From Patescibacteria group bacterium (lineage in GTDB: Bacteria > Patescibacteriota > Microgenomatia > UBA10105 > UBA927), in the NCBI GenBank assembly GCA_023379025.1, contig JAMCTH010000009.1, positions 69,092 through 133,091 of the forward strand: a DNA stretch of 64,000 bases, given 5' to 3'. The first letter of the stretch is position 1. Every line of letters starts with the position of its first letter. A program made the translations under genes and the position numbers. Under the pieces are notes generated by a model. It saw nothing but the letters and a program-made list of their open reading frames with translations, was not told the origin of the DNA and ran no database searches. Shown here piece by piece: positions 11,363 through 21,915 of the stretch.

Positions 11363-13686
11363 ACCCAGTTAGCGATCTCCGGCGGATCCACGCCGTGTTC
11401 CTTGATGTACCCCCGGTGATCGGACAGAATGGTCCGACACGCTGCAATTTCCGCCTCTGCCCGCTTCCGGTCGATTTTCCCCTGCGCGAGGGCAAGGGAA
11501 ACTATTTCGATCGCCAGCTGATACCGGCTGGTATTGTTTCTGACCTGCATGTCAAACGGTGTCGTCAGGGAACCGTTTTCTATGTACCCGTGGACGGAAA
11601 ACCGCTCCGGGAGCTTATGTCCCAGGATGTAGGGCTTGAGAGTCTCCGGATTGCCGTGGAAATTGACGATGACCGGACGGTCCGCGGTCAGAAAGCCGTC
11701 AAAATCATGGTACGTCGTCCCGTAATCGGAAGATGCCGCAAGTGCCAGTACGTTTATGACATCGACGCACCGGAGGCGTATCCCGGGAATTCTCGATTTT
11801 ACATAATCGATCGTTGCCAGGACTTCTTTCATCATGTAGTCCCCGATACCGACGAGAACGATGTCGGGGTCGGGATCGCTCGCAAACTCCCATGTCATCA
11901 TGCCCCGGGAAAATTCCTGTTCCGCTTCCCCGATCGTGAGCCAGCGCGGTTCGTACGTTTTGCCGCAGACGATGACATTTATGCCGTTCGTGCGTTCAAG
12001 ACTGTGTTTAAGGCAGACCAGCGCCATGTTGCCGTCTGCCGGAAAATAGATATTGATGAACCCTCCCTGCTTCTCGAGAAGATCCCCGATGATCCCCGGG
12101 TTCTGGTGGGAAAACCCGTTATGCTCCTGCCGCCAGCCCGAGGACGTCAGGATGATGTTGAGGGAGGAAACTTCGCCTCTCCAGGGCGTTTCCCGGAGGA
12201 CTTTGATAAACTTTGCATACTGGTCCACCATGCTCCCGACGATCTGGACAAACGCCTCGTAAGACGCAAACAATCCGTGCCTGCCGCTTAAGATATACCC
12301 TTCAAGCATGCCGGTCAGAGCATGTTCACTGAGCATTTCTATGACGCGCCCGGTCGGCGCCAGATTTTTGTCCCAGCTCATGAGCGGCCAGACGAATTGT
12401 CTCGCCGTTGCCTCAAATACCCCGTCGAGCTTGTTTGAGTAGATTTCATCCGGTGAAAACAGCCGGAAATTTTTTTCTGCCTCGTTTTTCCGGAACACTT
12501 CCGTCAGGTATTTGCCGATCCTCCTCATGCTGCTTGATCCCAAAACGCCGGGGTGGGATACCTCCTCTGCGCAGCTTGCCGGGTCCGGCAGGACAAGCGG
12601 CGTTCTTATGGTGCCGCCGTTGCCGTGTCTGTTTTCTCCGATCCGCAGTCCTTCCGGCGGTACAAGGCCCAGGATATCGGGCACAAAGCCGTGCTCCGGG
12701 TCATACAGCTCAGGAAAATTATACGAACGCATCCACTTCTCAAGTGCCGCAAGTTCGACGGGATCGGATTTTGCCTTGGGTACGACAATCTGATGCGCGA
12801 GATTATTGCCTTCGATTTTCTCCCCGTGGAGCTCTTTAATGCCGGTCCATCCCTTCAGGGTCCGGAGTATGATCATGGGATATCTCGGGGCAACAAGCCT
12901 CCTTCCGGCCTTTGCCTGCTCTTTTACCCCGCGGATCTCCTCGTAACAGATGTCGAGGGCATCGATCATGGTTTCATAGATGGTCGTGTCGTCGCCGTCA
13001 ACGATGTGCGGGTTGTACCCATACCCGTAAAACAGCGAAATCAGCTCTTCGTCGCTCATCCGGCCGAAAATCGTCGGACCGGAAATTTTATACCCGTTCA
13101 GGTGGAGCATCGGCAGCACCGTGCCGCAGGTCGTCGGATCCATGAATTTATTAAGGTGCCACGATGTCGCCATCGGTCCGGTCTCCGCTTCTCCGTCGCC
13201 GACAAGAACAACCGTCAGAAGATCCGGGTTATCGAGTACCGTGCCGTATGCCGTAGAAAGGGAATAGCCGAGCTCCCCGCCTTCCAGAACGACTCCGGGA
13301 GTCGTCGGATTGCTGTGGCTCTGGAATCCATACGGCCAGCTGAAATTTTTGGATAAGTAGGCGATGCCTTCCGGCGTCCGGGTCGCCTGGGGATAGAATT
13401 TCTCAAGTGTCCCTTCAAGGAACAGGTTTGCCTGGATAGCGGCAAACCCGTGCCCCGGCCCCAGGATAAAAAGTACCTGCTGCCGGTATTTTTGGATAAG
13501 GTAGTTGAGATTGGCATAGACGAAATTGACGCCCGGGCACGTCCCCCAGTGCCCGATGAGCCTGGGTTTTATATCGTCAAACGTGAGGGGACGGGCAAGA
13601 AGATAATTATCCAGAAGATGTATCTGGGTAACCGTCAGGTAGTTTGCGGCACGGACATACTTCCGGATGATATCTGCGGGTGTCAT
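11338..13686 (-). CDS. xfp: xylulose-5-phosphate/fructose-6-phosphate phosphoketolase
   Basis: 782 aa. Regions RAANYLTVTQIHL, GHWGTCPGVNFVYANLN, EGGELGYSLSTAYG, GDGEAETGP, LHLNGYKISGPT align with phosphoketolase signature regions (TPP enzyme). Confidence 0.9.
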   Translation of the reverse strand: MTPADIIRKYVRAANYLTVTQIHLLDNYLLARPLTFDDIKPRLIGHWGTCPGVNFVYANLNYLIQKYRQQVLFILGPGHGFAAIQANLFLEGTLEKFYPQATRTPEGIAYLSKNFSWPYGFQSHSNPTTPGVVLEGGELGYSLSTAYGTVLDNPDLLTVVLVGDGEAETGPMATSWHLNKFMDPTTCGTVLPMLHLNGYKISGPTIFGRMSDEELISLFYGYGYNPHIVDGDDTTIYETMIDALDICYEEIRGVKEQAKAGRRLVAPRYPMIILRTLKGWTGIKELHGEKIEGNNLAHQIVVPKAKSDPVELAALEKWMRSYNFPELYDPEHGFVPDILGLVPPEGLRIGENRHGNGGTIRTPLVLPDPASCAEEVSHPGVLGSSSMRRIGKYLTEVFRKNEAEKNFRLFSPDEIYSNKLDGVFEATARQFVWPLMSWDKNLAPTGRVIEMLSEHALTGMLEGYILSGRHGLFASYEAFVQIVGSMVDQYAKFIKVLRETPWRGEVSSLNIILTSSGWRQEHNGFSHQNPGIIGDLLEKQGGFINIYFPADGNMALVCLKHSLERTNGINVIVCGKTYEPRWLTIGEAEQEFSRGMMTWEFASDPDPDIVLVGIGDYMMKEVLATIDYVKSRIPGIRLRCVDVINVLALAASSDYGTTYHDFDGFLTADRPVIVNFHGNPETLKPYILGHKLPERFSVHGYIENGSLTTPFDMQVRNNTSRYQLAIEIVSLALAQGKIDRKRAEAEIAACRTILSDHRGYIKEHGVDPPEIANWVWKKSSSS

Positions 13687-13756
13687 AAGCCGGTGAGGTA
13701 TAAAACGGTACTCTTCTTCTATACTATCACGTTTGCCCGGGTCAAAAAGGAAACAC

Positions 13757-14425
13757 TTACCCGGATGTCTTTTTCACTGCCGTTTCCAGCGCTTTTTTTA
13801 CCGCCGTCCGGAAATCATCAATGGCCGCGGGGTTATCCAGTTTCACGCCGTTGAGGTAAAATGTCGGGGTTGCGTCGACGCCGAGCGCTGTCGCGTCGGA
13901 TACGTCGCGGTCAATCATGGCGGAGACTGCCTGTGACGCGACATCTTTTTTATAGTGATCCATATTCAACCCGAGGGTTTTTGCATACCCTTCAAATATG
14001 GCCGCTGCGTCCGGACTGTCACTCCACTTTACCTGATTTGTGTAGATCAGGTCGTGCATCTGCCAGAATTTCCCCTGCCGTCCTGCGGCCTCGGCTGCAT
14101 ACGCCGCCGGTTTGGCATTGGGGTGCTGGTCGAGCGGGAAGTTCCGGAAAACGAAATTGAGTTTTCCGGTAAATTCGGAGACCACCTGTTTAACCACCGG
14201 ATAATATGCCCCGCATGCCGGACACTGATAATCGGCAAACTCAACCAGCGTCGCGCGCGCGGACGGCGAGGAAATCTTTTCGCTGTCGCTGCGGACGAGA
14301 AGCGTCCGGTCTGCCGCCGGAGTGGCGGATTGCCCGGCGGGACTGCTGAAGAAAAACACGGCGGCTCCGACGATCACGAGGATTGCGGCGACAAAACCCA
14401 GAAATAATTTTGTCTCTCCCTTCAT
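13757..14425 (-). CDS. DsbA-like thioredoxin-fold thiol-disulfide oxidoreductase (N-terminal membrane anchor)
   Basis: 222 aa; CPAC active site in FADYQCPACGAYYP; N-terminal hydrophobic segment. Confidence 0.8.
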   Translation of the reverse strand: MKGETKLFLGFVAAILVIVGAAVFFFSSPAGQSATPAADRTLLVRSDSEKISSPSARATLVEFADYQCPACGAYYPVVKQVVSEFTGKLNFVFRNFPLDQHPNAKPAAYAAEAAGRQGKFWQMHDLIYTNQVKWSDSPDAAAIFEGYAKTLGLNMDHYKKDVASQAVSAMIDRDVSDATALGVDATPTFYLNGVKLDNPAAIDDFRTAVKKALETAVKKTSG

Positions 14426-14526
14426 AGTCTCGCGGTCAATGCTTCGATACTACTACAAAAATCCCTTGGGTACCACCATGGAATTATTGCCCGAAAACCG
14501 CCGGTCCCGTATAATGGGCAACGTCT

Positions 14527-15252
14527 ATGCTTCCCATACTTTTCGCGTTCTGCACATTCTGTTCGACGTTTCTCGGCGGGCTCTTCAGTCTCCGGTACCG
14601 GAAGAAGATGCACCTCATCCTCGGGTTTACCTCGGGAGTGCTTCTGGCAGTCGTATCGTTCGACATCCTTCCGGAAATTATTTCGCTCGTCGGGCGGCTT
14701 CATATGGAGCCGATCCAACCCATGCTCGCGCTTGTCGTAGGATTTCTCCTCTTCCATATCCTCGAAAAACTTCTCCTCATCCATCACAGCCACGAGCAGG
14801 AATATGTTGCCCACACGCATCCCTCTGTCGGGAAACTCTCCGCCCTTGCCCTTTCGGCGCATTCATTTCTTGACGGCGTCGGCATAGGGCTTGGCTTCCA
14901 GGTGTCGGCTCCGATCGGCATACTGGTGGCGCTTGCCGTCATCTCCCATGACTTTTCCGACGGGCTCAATACCGTCTCCCTTGTCCTTGTCCATAAAAAT
15001 ACGGACCGGACAGCGCTGTATTTCCTGCTCCTGGACGCAGTGACGCCGACGCTCGGCGTCCTCTCCACCCTCCTCGTCCGCATCCCGGATACGGTACTTG
15101 TGCTCTATCTCGGTTTCTTCGCCGGGTTTCTTCTCTATATCGGCGCTTCGGACATCCTGCCGGAAGCACACAGCAAGCACTCCTCGGTCGGCACGATCCT
15201 CATGACTATTGCCGGGGTTCTCTTTATCTTTCTCGTGACGCGGGTGGTCTGA
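14527..15252 (+). CDS. ZIP family metal (zinc) transporter, ZupT-like
   Basis: 241 aa; HSFLDGVGIGLGF and His-rich loop HHSHEQEYVAHTH typical of ZIP permeases. Confidence 0.8.
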   Translation: MLPILFAFCTFCSTFLGGLFSLRYRKKMHLILGFTSGVLLAVVSFDILPEIISLVGRLHMEPIQPMLALVVGFLLFHILEKLLLIHHSHEQEYVAHTHPSVGKLSALALSAHSFLDGVGIGLGFQVSAPIGILVALAVISHDFSDGLNTVSLVLVHKNTDRTALYFLLLDAVTPTLGVLSTLLVRIPDTVLVLYLGFFAGFLLYIGASDILPEAHSKHSSVGTILMTIAGVLFIFLVTRVV

Positions 15253-15700
15253 GGACCATCGTGGCGGCATCAGGAAGCAGTAGCCGCCGATCCCGTCCAT
15301 CCCCTCTCCTGCCTCTGCTGCCCTGCCCGGAAAAAACGGCGAGATGGTCTTCCGGCGTCCAGCCCGGACGGGATTCACACCGGAACCGCGTTCCCTTGCC
15401 GCTTGCCCAATGCACAATACCCGGACGGATGGTCACAGACTCGCGCGGCCCCAGATGCCGCCGTTTTCCTCCGAGGTAGACATCCATTTCCCCTTTTTCT
15501 GCCGTATAGCGTTCCGTTGTCTTCCTGTGGATATGCGGCGCGCTTCTGTCAAGATATCCTATCACCACAGAGTATTCTGGATGTTCGGCGGCCGGTTCCG
15601 TCTCACAGAGGATTTCCGTCGGATTAGCCGCAGGGTTTTTGATAATCCGCTTACCCGGAAATCCTTTCGTCAATGCAGCGATAATTCGACCACTATCCAT
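15224..15700 (-). CDS. cupin-domain protein (C-terminal extent uncertain)
   Basis: HIHRKTTERYTAEKGEMDVYLGG...TIRPGIVHWA resembles the two-motif cupin fold (HxH...E ... H). The low-complexity C-terminal tail overlapping the ZIP gene may not be translated. Confidence 0.45.
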   Translation of the reverse strand: MDSGRIIAALTKGFPGKRIIKNPAANPTEILCETEPAAEHPEYSVVIGYLDRSAPHIHRKTTERYTAEKGEMDVYLGGKRRHLGPRESVTIRPGIVHWASGKGTRFRCESRPGWTPEDHLAVFSGQGSRGRRGDGRDRRLLLPDAATMVLRPPASRER

Positions 15701-15704
15701 AGTC

Positions 15705-16271
15705 TTATGATAGGGATTTCAAATAATACGCGATGTGGAGAAACGGCAGACCGAATGCACGATCGTTATAAAACCGTTTATCGTATATCCGTAGCTTCAT
15801 TCGACGGAATATTTGTTCCCATTCCACATCAGTTTTGTATGACCTCCAGAAGCACCGGAACCTACAATTCCCTATGGTATCAATTACAACCGTCCGGTAT
15901 TTTTCCCATCGCGTCCTATATGTCGTCTCTATGATAATCAGTTCTCTGGAGACTCTTACTGCTTCTCCCAGCACGCTGTCGGGATATTGAGCATGATGGA
16001 GAACAGTGCAGAGGATCGCCTGATCAAATGACTTATCGGCAAACGGCAGAGTTTTTCCGTCGTAGATCGTTATATCGGAAATTATTCTTCCCAACCGATA
16101 ATCAGAAACATCCACAGGTGTCAAGCGGAACCCGATATCCCGAAGAAGGAGTGTCATTCCGCCTCTGCCGCAACCGACATCAATAATGTTCGAGCCTGAA
16201 TGGAGGAACCTTCGTATTCGAGCCGCCATGAGTCGGTCGCGTGACGTTACTCCTCGCATCATGTGGGTCAT
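15705..16271 (-). CDS. class I SAM-dependent methyltransferase
   Basis: 188 aa; motif I IIDVGCGRGGMT, followed by post-I acidic residue PVDVS and motif II/III hydrophobic stretches. Confidence 0.75.
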   Translation of the reverse strand: MTHMMRGVTSRDRLMAARIRRFLHSGSNIIDVGCGRGGMTLLLRDIGFRLTPVDVSDYRLGRIISDITIYDGKTLPFADKSFDQAILCTVLHHAQYPDSVLGEAVRVSRELIIIETTYRTRWEKYRTVVIDTIGNCRFRCFWRSYKTDVEWEQIFRRMKLRIYDKRFYNDRAFGLPFLHIAYYLKSLS

Positions 16272-16334
16272 TGTACCATAAAAAAAGAGCGCTCCCGGGC
16301 GCGCTCTTATATATGATGTATGGAGAGGCTATCC

Positions 16335-16838
16335 CTACTGCACGGTTCCGTCGGCGCCGACGATCACGCAGTAATCATCGCGGTAATTGAGGTCTTTATC
16401 CGTATCCGGCTGATCGTCGCCGCGCGTCTGCTCTATATAATATAAGGTTTGTCCCGGAGTGATGGTATAGTCCTGCTTCTCGTTTTCCGAATCCTTCGGA
16501 GTAAGCATCACGGTCTCTGAGCCATCACTTCCGGTTGCCGTCGTCATGGTGAATCCGGTCATCGCCGCGGCTGCCGCAGCTGTCATGGTGCCCGGGGCTA
16601 TCGCATATGCATAGCGCAAAAGCGGCGACGTTTTAAATTCCATCCCTTTCGTAAGTATCATCTGCCGTCCGCCCCTGGAATTTGGCCCTGCCGGAGGGAG
16701 CGCGGAGGAAGCACCATGACGCTCGGCCGTTTCTTCAGGCGGCAGACGGCCGGCAATTTTCCCGCGGAAAATAGACGCAGTCTCAAGGACAACAATAACG
16801 ACAAGGACCAGAAGAGCAAACGATTGGATATTTTTCAT
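16335..16838 (-). CDS. secreted hypothetical protein (signal peptide)
   Basis: N-terminal MKNIQSFALLVLVVIVVLETASIFRG signal-like segment; no recognised domain. Confidence 0.5.
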   Translation of the reverse strand: MKNIQSFALLVLVVIVVLETASIFRGKIAGRLPPEETAERHGASSALPPAGPNSRGGRQMILTKGMEFKTSPLLRYAYAIAPGTMTAAAAAAMTGFTMTTATGSDGSETVMLTPKDSENEKQDYTITPGQTLYYIEQTRGDDQPDTDKDLNYRDDYCVIVGADGTVQ

Positions 16839-16860
16839 AGAATCCCATTCTATCCCTGTT

Positions 16861-17460
16861 GTGAAATGTAAGCAAGATTACATTTCATCCCGCTTTCCCG
16901 TTCTCATCTCACTCTTTGGAAGTACCGCGTATAATACCTATATGAAGCTATCCGAAACGGAACAGGTGGAAGTATCCTGGATCATCGTCGCCTATAAACT
17001 CATCTCCGGCGCGTTCGAGCTTATCCTCGGAACCGGCATCGTCTTCTTCGGCAACCGGATGCTCGGGATGTATACCCGGTTCCGTAATGAAGAGCTTCTC
17101 GAGGATCCGCATGACCTCCTTGTGCGGGTTCTCGGATCCGTCGTCCCCATGCTGGTCGAATACCGTACGGCGATTACTATATTCCTTTTTATTCTCGGAG
17201 CGACCAAAATAATCGGCGCAATCGGACTCCTGAAAAAGAAAGAGTGGGGACTCGATCTTCTTATAGCCCTGTTTCTCATCCTTCTTCCCTTTGATCTTTA
17301 CAGTCTTGCTTTCCATTTTACCGTCGTCAAACTCCTGTATTTCATCGTCAATACGCTGATTGCCCTCTTTCTTATGGAATTCCGGCCGCACAAATATGTC
17401 GCGCGTCTCAAAAAGTATGTTCACAAACCGAAACGTGATGCTATAATGGAGGACATATGA
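16861..17460 (+). CDS. hypothetical membrane protein (4 predicted TM helices)
   Basis: Hydrophobic helices WIIVAYKLISGAFELILGTGIVFFG etc. The true start may be the internal Met at MKLSETEQ. Confidence 0.45.
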   Translation: MKCKQDYISSRFPVLISLFGSTAYNTYMKLSETEQVEVSWIIVAYKLISGAFELILGTGIVFFGNRMLGMYTRFRNEELLEDPHDLLVRVLGSVVPMLVEYRTAITIFLFILGATKIIGAIGLLKKKEWGLDLLIALFLILLPFDLYSLAFHFTVVKLLYFIVNTLIALFLMEFRPHKYVARLKKYVHKPKRDAIMEDI

Positions 17461-18179
17461 AACATATATTCGGTAAAGACGGCGTTATCGTTCCTGTTTT
17501 GGTTACTCTTCTCGTGGCGGGCGCATTTTTCCTGGGGTCTCTCTATACCAAGGTGCAGATGCTGGAAAAAGGAACTCCGCAGGGGACGGCACAGGCGCCA
17601 ACTGCACCCGGACAGCCGGTTCCTTCCGCCGCACCGGCCAAAGTGTCCGTCGATATCGGCAAACTTCCGATCAAAGGAAACAAAAACGCCAAAGTCACCC
17701 TGATCGAATTCGCGGATTTCCGCTGCCCCTTCTGCGAACGGTTCTATACCCAGACCGAATCCCAGATCATGAAAGAATACGTGGATACCGGCAAGGTCAA
17801 ATTTGCCTTCCGCAACTATGCATTTCTGGGTCCGGCGTCGACGGTTGCCGCCAATGCAGCCGAATGCGCCAACGAGCAGAACAAATTCTGGGATATGTAT
17901 GAGTATTTTTACAAGAACCAGCCGCCGGAAACGGATACATCCATGTACACGACGGATACGCTTACAAAGGCAGCCGGGACGCTCGGCATGGATACGGCAA
18001 AATTCCGGTCCTGCCTGTCAGGGAACAAGTTTGACGCAAACGTCAACGGAGACTTTACCGCAGGGCAAAACGCCGGAGTGACCGGTACGCCCACGTTTTT
18101 CGTCAACGGCACCATGCTCGTGGGTGCACAGCCGTATTCCGCATTCAAGGCCGCAATCGACGCGGAACTGGCCAGGTGA
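17457..18179 (+). CDS. DsbA-like thiol-disulfide oxidoreductase (membrane-anchored)
   Basis: 240 aa; N-terminal TM; CPFC active site in FADFRCPFCERFY; overlaps the upstream gene by 4 bp. Confidence 0.8.
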   Translation: MKHIFGKDGVIVPVLVTLLVAGAFFLGSLYTKVQMLEKGTPQGTAQAPTAPGQPVPSAAPAKVSVDIGKLPIKGNKNAKVTLIEFADFRCPFCERFYTQTESQIMKEYVDTGKVKFAFRNYAFLGPASTVAANAAECANEQNKFWDMYEYFYKNQPPETDTSMYTTDTLTKAAGTLGMDTAKFRSCLSGNKFDANVNGDFTAGQNAGVTGTPTFFVNGTMLVGAQPYSAFKAAIDAELAR

Positions 18180-18186
18180 AGCGCGG

Positions 18187-20667
18187 TCATTCGGAACGCC
18201 GGACGGCACTCCGCACCGGTACAGGGAGGTGTATACGCCGGTAGATACACGGTACCTGATAGAGCAGTTTGCACGCTTCGACCACAAAAAACATCACGAC
18301 AGACAATGAAGCGGCGAGCACCCAGTAGAACGGCGGCAATGCCGTAACCCCGAAAAACGCCCTGAGTTCCGGCAGGAGAAACGGTACTACCTGAAGAATG
18401 AGCCCCGCCGCAACCGCACCGATGAGCCACCGGTTTTCGAACAGCTTTCCGCGCCAGAACGGCCGCATGAGAAGCCGGACGGAAAAGACATAGGAAAGCG
18501 AATTTAATCCGAGTATGATGAATGTCACGGAACGCGCCAGCTCCCGGTTTCCGGTCATGGACAAAACGGCGATAAATGATCCGAGCGCGAGTAGCCCTGC
18601 CACGACACTCACCAGGGAAATAAGCGTAAGCATGGCGTGGTTCACGATCGGCTCGCCCGTCGGTCGCGGATGTTCGCGCATGATACCGCCACGCGCGGGG
18701 TCAACGGTCAGCGAGAGTCCCGGAAACCCGTCAGAAACCAGATTGACCCACAGGATCTGAACGGCCGTCACGGGAAGCGGCAGCCCCAGAAGGATCCCTC
18801 CCAGAACGACGGCAATCTCCGCAAATGCATCGCTCATAAGGTACAGGATGACTTTCCGGATGTTTTCAAACATGGCGCGCCCTTCCTCCACCGCAGCGAT
18901 AATCGTCGCGAAGTTGGAGTCAAGGAGTACAAGGTCCGCGGATTCTTTGGCCACATCCGTCGCTTCTCCGACCACAATTCCGATATCCGCGCTATGAAGA
19001 GCCGGCGCATCGTTAACGCCGTCCCCCGTCATGGCGACGACTTCTCCGCGCTGTTTCAGCGCTTCGACGATACGCAGTTTCTGGTCCGGCGTCGTCCTGG
19101 CAAACAGCCGTACTGAATCGATCGTTTCGGCAAGCGCCTCTCCCGAGAGTTTCGCAAGTTCCGTGCCGGTTAGGAGTTCATCCTGCCGGACCGGGAGCCC
19201 CAGCTCCCGAAGAATATGGACCGATGTCGCCGGATAATCCCCGGTGATGACGACGGTCCTGATCCCTGCGGCATGGGCTTCTGCCAGGGCATCCTTTACC
19301 CCACCGCGGACCCGGTCCGAAAACGCGAGAAGCCCGACCCAGATTAAGCCGTTTTTGGCGTCATCCGGTCCGATATGCGTTGTATCCCCGCGGCATTCTT
19401 TCCGCGCAAAACCGATGGCGCGTTTTCCCGACTGCGTCAGCGCCTCTATCGTCCCGCGGATCTCCTCCTGCTCTTTCTGGGAAAGCGTCGTCCATCCGAG
19501 AAGCATTTCCGGAGCGCCGTTGACAAACAGCATGGTTTTTCCGTTTGTCCAGGTGTGGAGACTCGCAAAATAGCGGTTTTTTGACGTAAAGGGTATGCTG
19601 TCAAGCCGGTGGTTTCCCGTGGACGCGTCCGTCCTTTCTTTTCTTGCCCATTCGTAAGCGGCGATCACAATGGGATCATCAAGGTCATTGGCGAGTACCG
19701 CCTGAAGCGCCAGATGCCGAACATTTCCGACCGCATCAACGACCTGCATGGTCCCTTCGGTAAGCGTGCCCGTCTTATCTACACAGATGACGGTAACGGA
19801 TCCGAGCGTTTCTGCTGCAGTAAGACGCCGTACCAGTCCCCGGCGGGCCAATATTTTCTGCATTCCGATGGCAAGGATCACGGTCAGGGATACGAGTAAG
19901 CCTTCCGGGATAGCAGATACCGCAAGAGCGACCGACGTCACGAAGATGTCCGCGATGTTCACGCGGTGCAGGAGTCCCACCGCAAAAACCAGGACAGTCA
20001 GCCCGATGATGATCGTCACGAGCTGTCTGCTGAATCCCCGAAGCTGCCGCTCAAGCGGTGTCTCCGCTTCTTCCGTCTGGATTTCCCGGGCAATCGAACC
20101 CATTCTGGTCGCCGGCCCGATCGCACTTATCTTCATCGTCCCCTGCCCCGCCGACACCGTCGTGCCCATAAACACCTGTCCGTTCGCGTGCTTCTCCGCC
20201 GGCATGCTTTCGCCCGTCAGGACGGATTCTTCGATATACAGCCGGTTTACCTTCATGAGTATCCCGTCCGCCGGCACGCGTTCGCCGGGGTTCAGGAGTA
20301 CGATGTCTCCCGGCACGAGATGCCGTGCCGGAACCGTCTCCCGGCGACCTCCCCGGATGACGGTAACCGAATGCGTCAGGTAATGTTTGAGGGCGGCAAG
20401 GGCACGGCCCGCTTTCTGTTCCTGAAAAACGCCGAGGGCCGTATTGATGACCACGGCAACCAGGATTATGACCGCATCGGATAGGTGACCGATAAGGATG
20501 GTCACGCATGCGGCAGCAAGCAGGACATACACCAGGGGATTTTTCAGCTGGCCGAAGGCAAGTGCGATACTGCCCGGAGGTTTTTTTTCCGGGAATTCGT
20601 TTGCCCCGTAGAGCTGGCGAAACCTCCTGACATCATCATCGGACAAACCGGTGAATGTGTCGTTCAT
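18187..20667 (-). CDS. P-type cation-transporting ATPase (type IIA/SERCA-like, Ca2+/Mg2+ class)
   Basis: 826 aa; phosphorylation motif DKTGTLT, TGES-like TGESMP, hinge MTGDGVNDAPAL, 8-10 TM segments. Confidence 0.9.
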   Translation of the reverse strand: MNDTFTGLSDDDVRRFRQLYGANEFPEKKPPGSIALAFGQLKNPLVYVLLAAACVTILIGHLSDAVIILVAVVINTALGVFQEQKAGRALAALKHYLTHSVTVIRGGRRETVPARHLVPGDIVLLNPGERVPADGILMKVNRLYIEESVLTGESMPAEKHANGQVFMGTTVSAGQGTMKISAIGPATRMGSIAREIQTEEAETPLERQLRGFSRQLVTIIIGLTVLVFAVGLLHRVNIADIFVTSVALAVSAIPEGLLVSLTVILAIGMQKILARRGLVRRLTAAETLGSVTVICVDKTGTLTEGTMQVVDAVGNVRHLALQAVLANDLDDPIVIAAYEWARKERTDASTGNHRLDSIPFTSKNRYFASLHTWTNGKTMLFVNGAPEMLLGWTTLSQKEQEEIRGTIEALTQSGKRAIGFARKECRGDTTHIGPDDAKNGLIWVGLLAFSDRVRGGVKDALAEAHAAGIRTVVITGDYPATSVHILRELGLPVRQDELLTGTELAKLSGEALAETIDSVRLFARTTPDQKLRIVEALKQRGEVVAMTGDGVNDAPALHSADIGIVVGEATDVAKESADLVLLDSNFATIIAAVEEGRAMFENIRKVILYLMSDAFAEIAVVLGGILLGLPLPVTAVQILWVNLVSDGFPGLSLTVDPARGGIMREHPRPTGEPIVNHAMLTLISLVSVVAGLLALGSFIAVLSMTGNRELARSVTFIILGLNSLSYVFSVRLLMRPFWRGKLFENRWLIGAVAAGLILQVVPFLLPELRAFFGVTALPPFYWVLAASLSVVMFFVVEACKLLYQVPCIYRRIHLPVPVRSAVRRSE

Positions 20668-20738
20668 AGCAGAAAAAGAACCGGCTTCCGATCAATATCC
20701 GACCGGCAGAGAGAGAATCGTCCGGCAATCCTACCGGA

Positions 20739-20984
20739 TTACTTCGTCAGGTTCTGATACACCCAGACCACGATATAGGTGCCGACCGCCGCATCCAGAA
20801 ACCCGTACATAAGCCCTATGACACTGCCTCCGGGTGTCAGTTGATATCCCGGATAGATACTTGTAAATACGCTGAAAAACGCAGTACCGTACCCGATAAA
20901 TACGGACGCAAGCGTCCCGAGAAATACCGTCAACCCCCATACGATACCCGCAGTCAGTGCCGCGCGCCGAATAGATTTCTTCAC
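20739..20984 (-). CDS. small membrane protein, hypothetical
   Basis: 81 aa, two hydrophobic helices. Confidence 0.4.
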   Translation of the reverse strand: MKKSIRRAALTAGIVWGLTVFLGTLASVFIGYGTAFFSVFTSIYPGYQLTPGGSVIGLMYGFLDAAVGTYIVVWVYQNLTK

Positions 20985-21048
20985 ACTGCCTCACCTCCCC
21001 TCCTTCCAGCCTACCGCGGAAGGAACACCCGGGTCAACCACCCCGCCT

Positions 21049-21915
21049 TTAGATACTTACGGCAGAAAGCGCCGCAATACCGGCAATCGTGAGGAGGATG
21101 CCAATAATCTGCCGTTTCCCGAGCGGATCTTTCAGGAAAAGAAACGCGAGAAGGATGAAAAGGGTTGGGTTGGCGCCGGCTATGGGCGCAACCACGGCAA
21201 CCGCTCCGTGGCTGATACCGAAGTTATAGGCAAATTCCGCGATCCGGACAAGGACGGTCGAGATAAGAAACGGCACGAAAAACCCCCTACTCGTCAGCGG
21301 TTCCAGCCGTTCGTGCCGCCTCCGCATCACAAGAAAAATGACCGGAAATGTCAGGAACGAAAGGTAGTTCGGCCAGAACCAGCCGACCCGGACGACCAAT
21401 ATTTTTATGAGCGCGTACCACGTTCCCCACACCATCATGGTCAGGAATGCAAGGGCCACGCCGCGGGTCAGAAACGCCTTTCTTCTCCCAAGCGCCTCCG
21501 GTTCCACCGTGGAAATGAAGATGCCGGAAAATACCAGGCCTATGGCCAGAAGCTGCATGCCGGTAATCCGCTCCCCGAACAGCAGCACCGACAGGAGAAC
21601 CGTCACGATCGGAAACGAGGAAGCGATCGTTCCGACGAGTGCACGGTTTTCTATCTGGAGTGCTTCGTAATAGGATATAATCCCGAAAAGCATGCCGCCT
21701 GCTCCAAGCGCGATATTCAGTGCAAGGAGCGGGACGGTATAGGCAAAAAGGTCTTTCCACGCAAACGGGATATACCACCCGGTCAGGATGAGGCTTGCCG
21801 CAAAGCCCCACACCGCAAACGACAGCGGCTTGATACGCCGGGCGGCAATCGTCTCGGCAAAAACCCCGGACCCCCAACCAAAATACGCAATGATGGCAAA
21901 CATTATGGCTTCCAT
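21049..21915 (-). CDS. EamA/DMT family transporter
   Basis: 288 aa, 10 predicted TM helices; duplicated EamA-like halves. Confidence 0.75.
   Translation of the reverse strand: MEAIMFAIIAYFGWGSGVFAETIAARRIKPLSFAVWGFAASLILTGWYIPFAWKDLFAYTVPLLALNIALGAGGMLFGIISYYEALQIENRALVGTIASSFPIVTVLLSVLLFGERITGMQLLAIGLVFSGIFISTVEPEALGRRKAFLTRGVALAFLTMMVWGTWYALIKILVVRVGWFWPNYLSFLTFPVIFLVMRRRHERLEPLTSRGFFVPFLISTVLVRIAEFAYNFGISHGAVAVVAPIAGANPTLFILLAFLFLKDPLGKRQIIGILLTIAGIAALSAVSI

Noticed and set aside
11395-13356. Several 200-300-aa plus-strand ORFs inside the phosphoketolase locus
   Set aside because: They are antisense to xfp, whose identity is strongly supported by multiple signature blocks.
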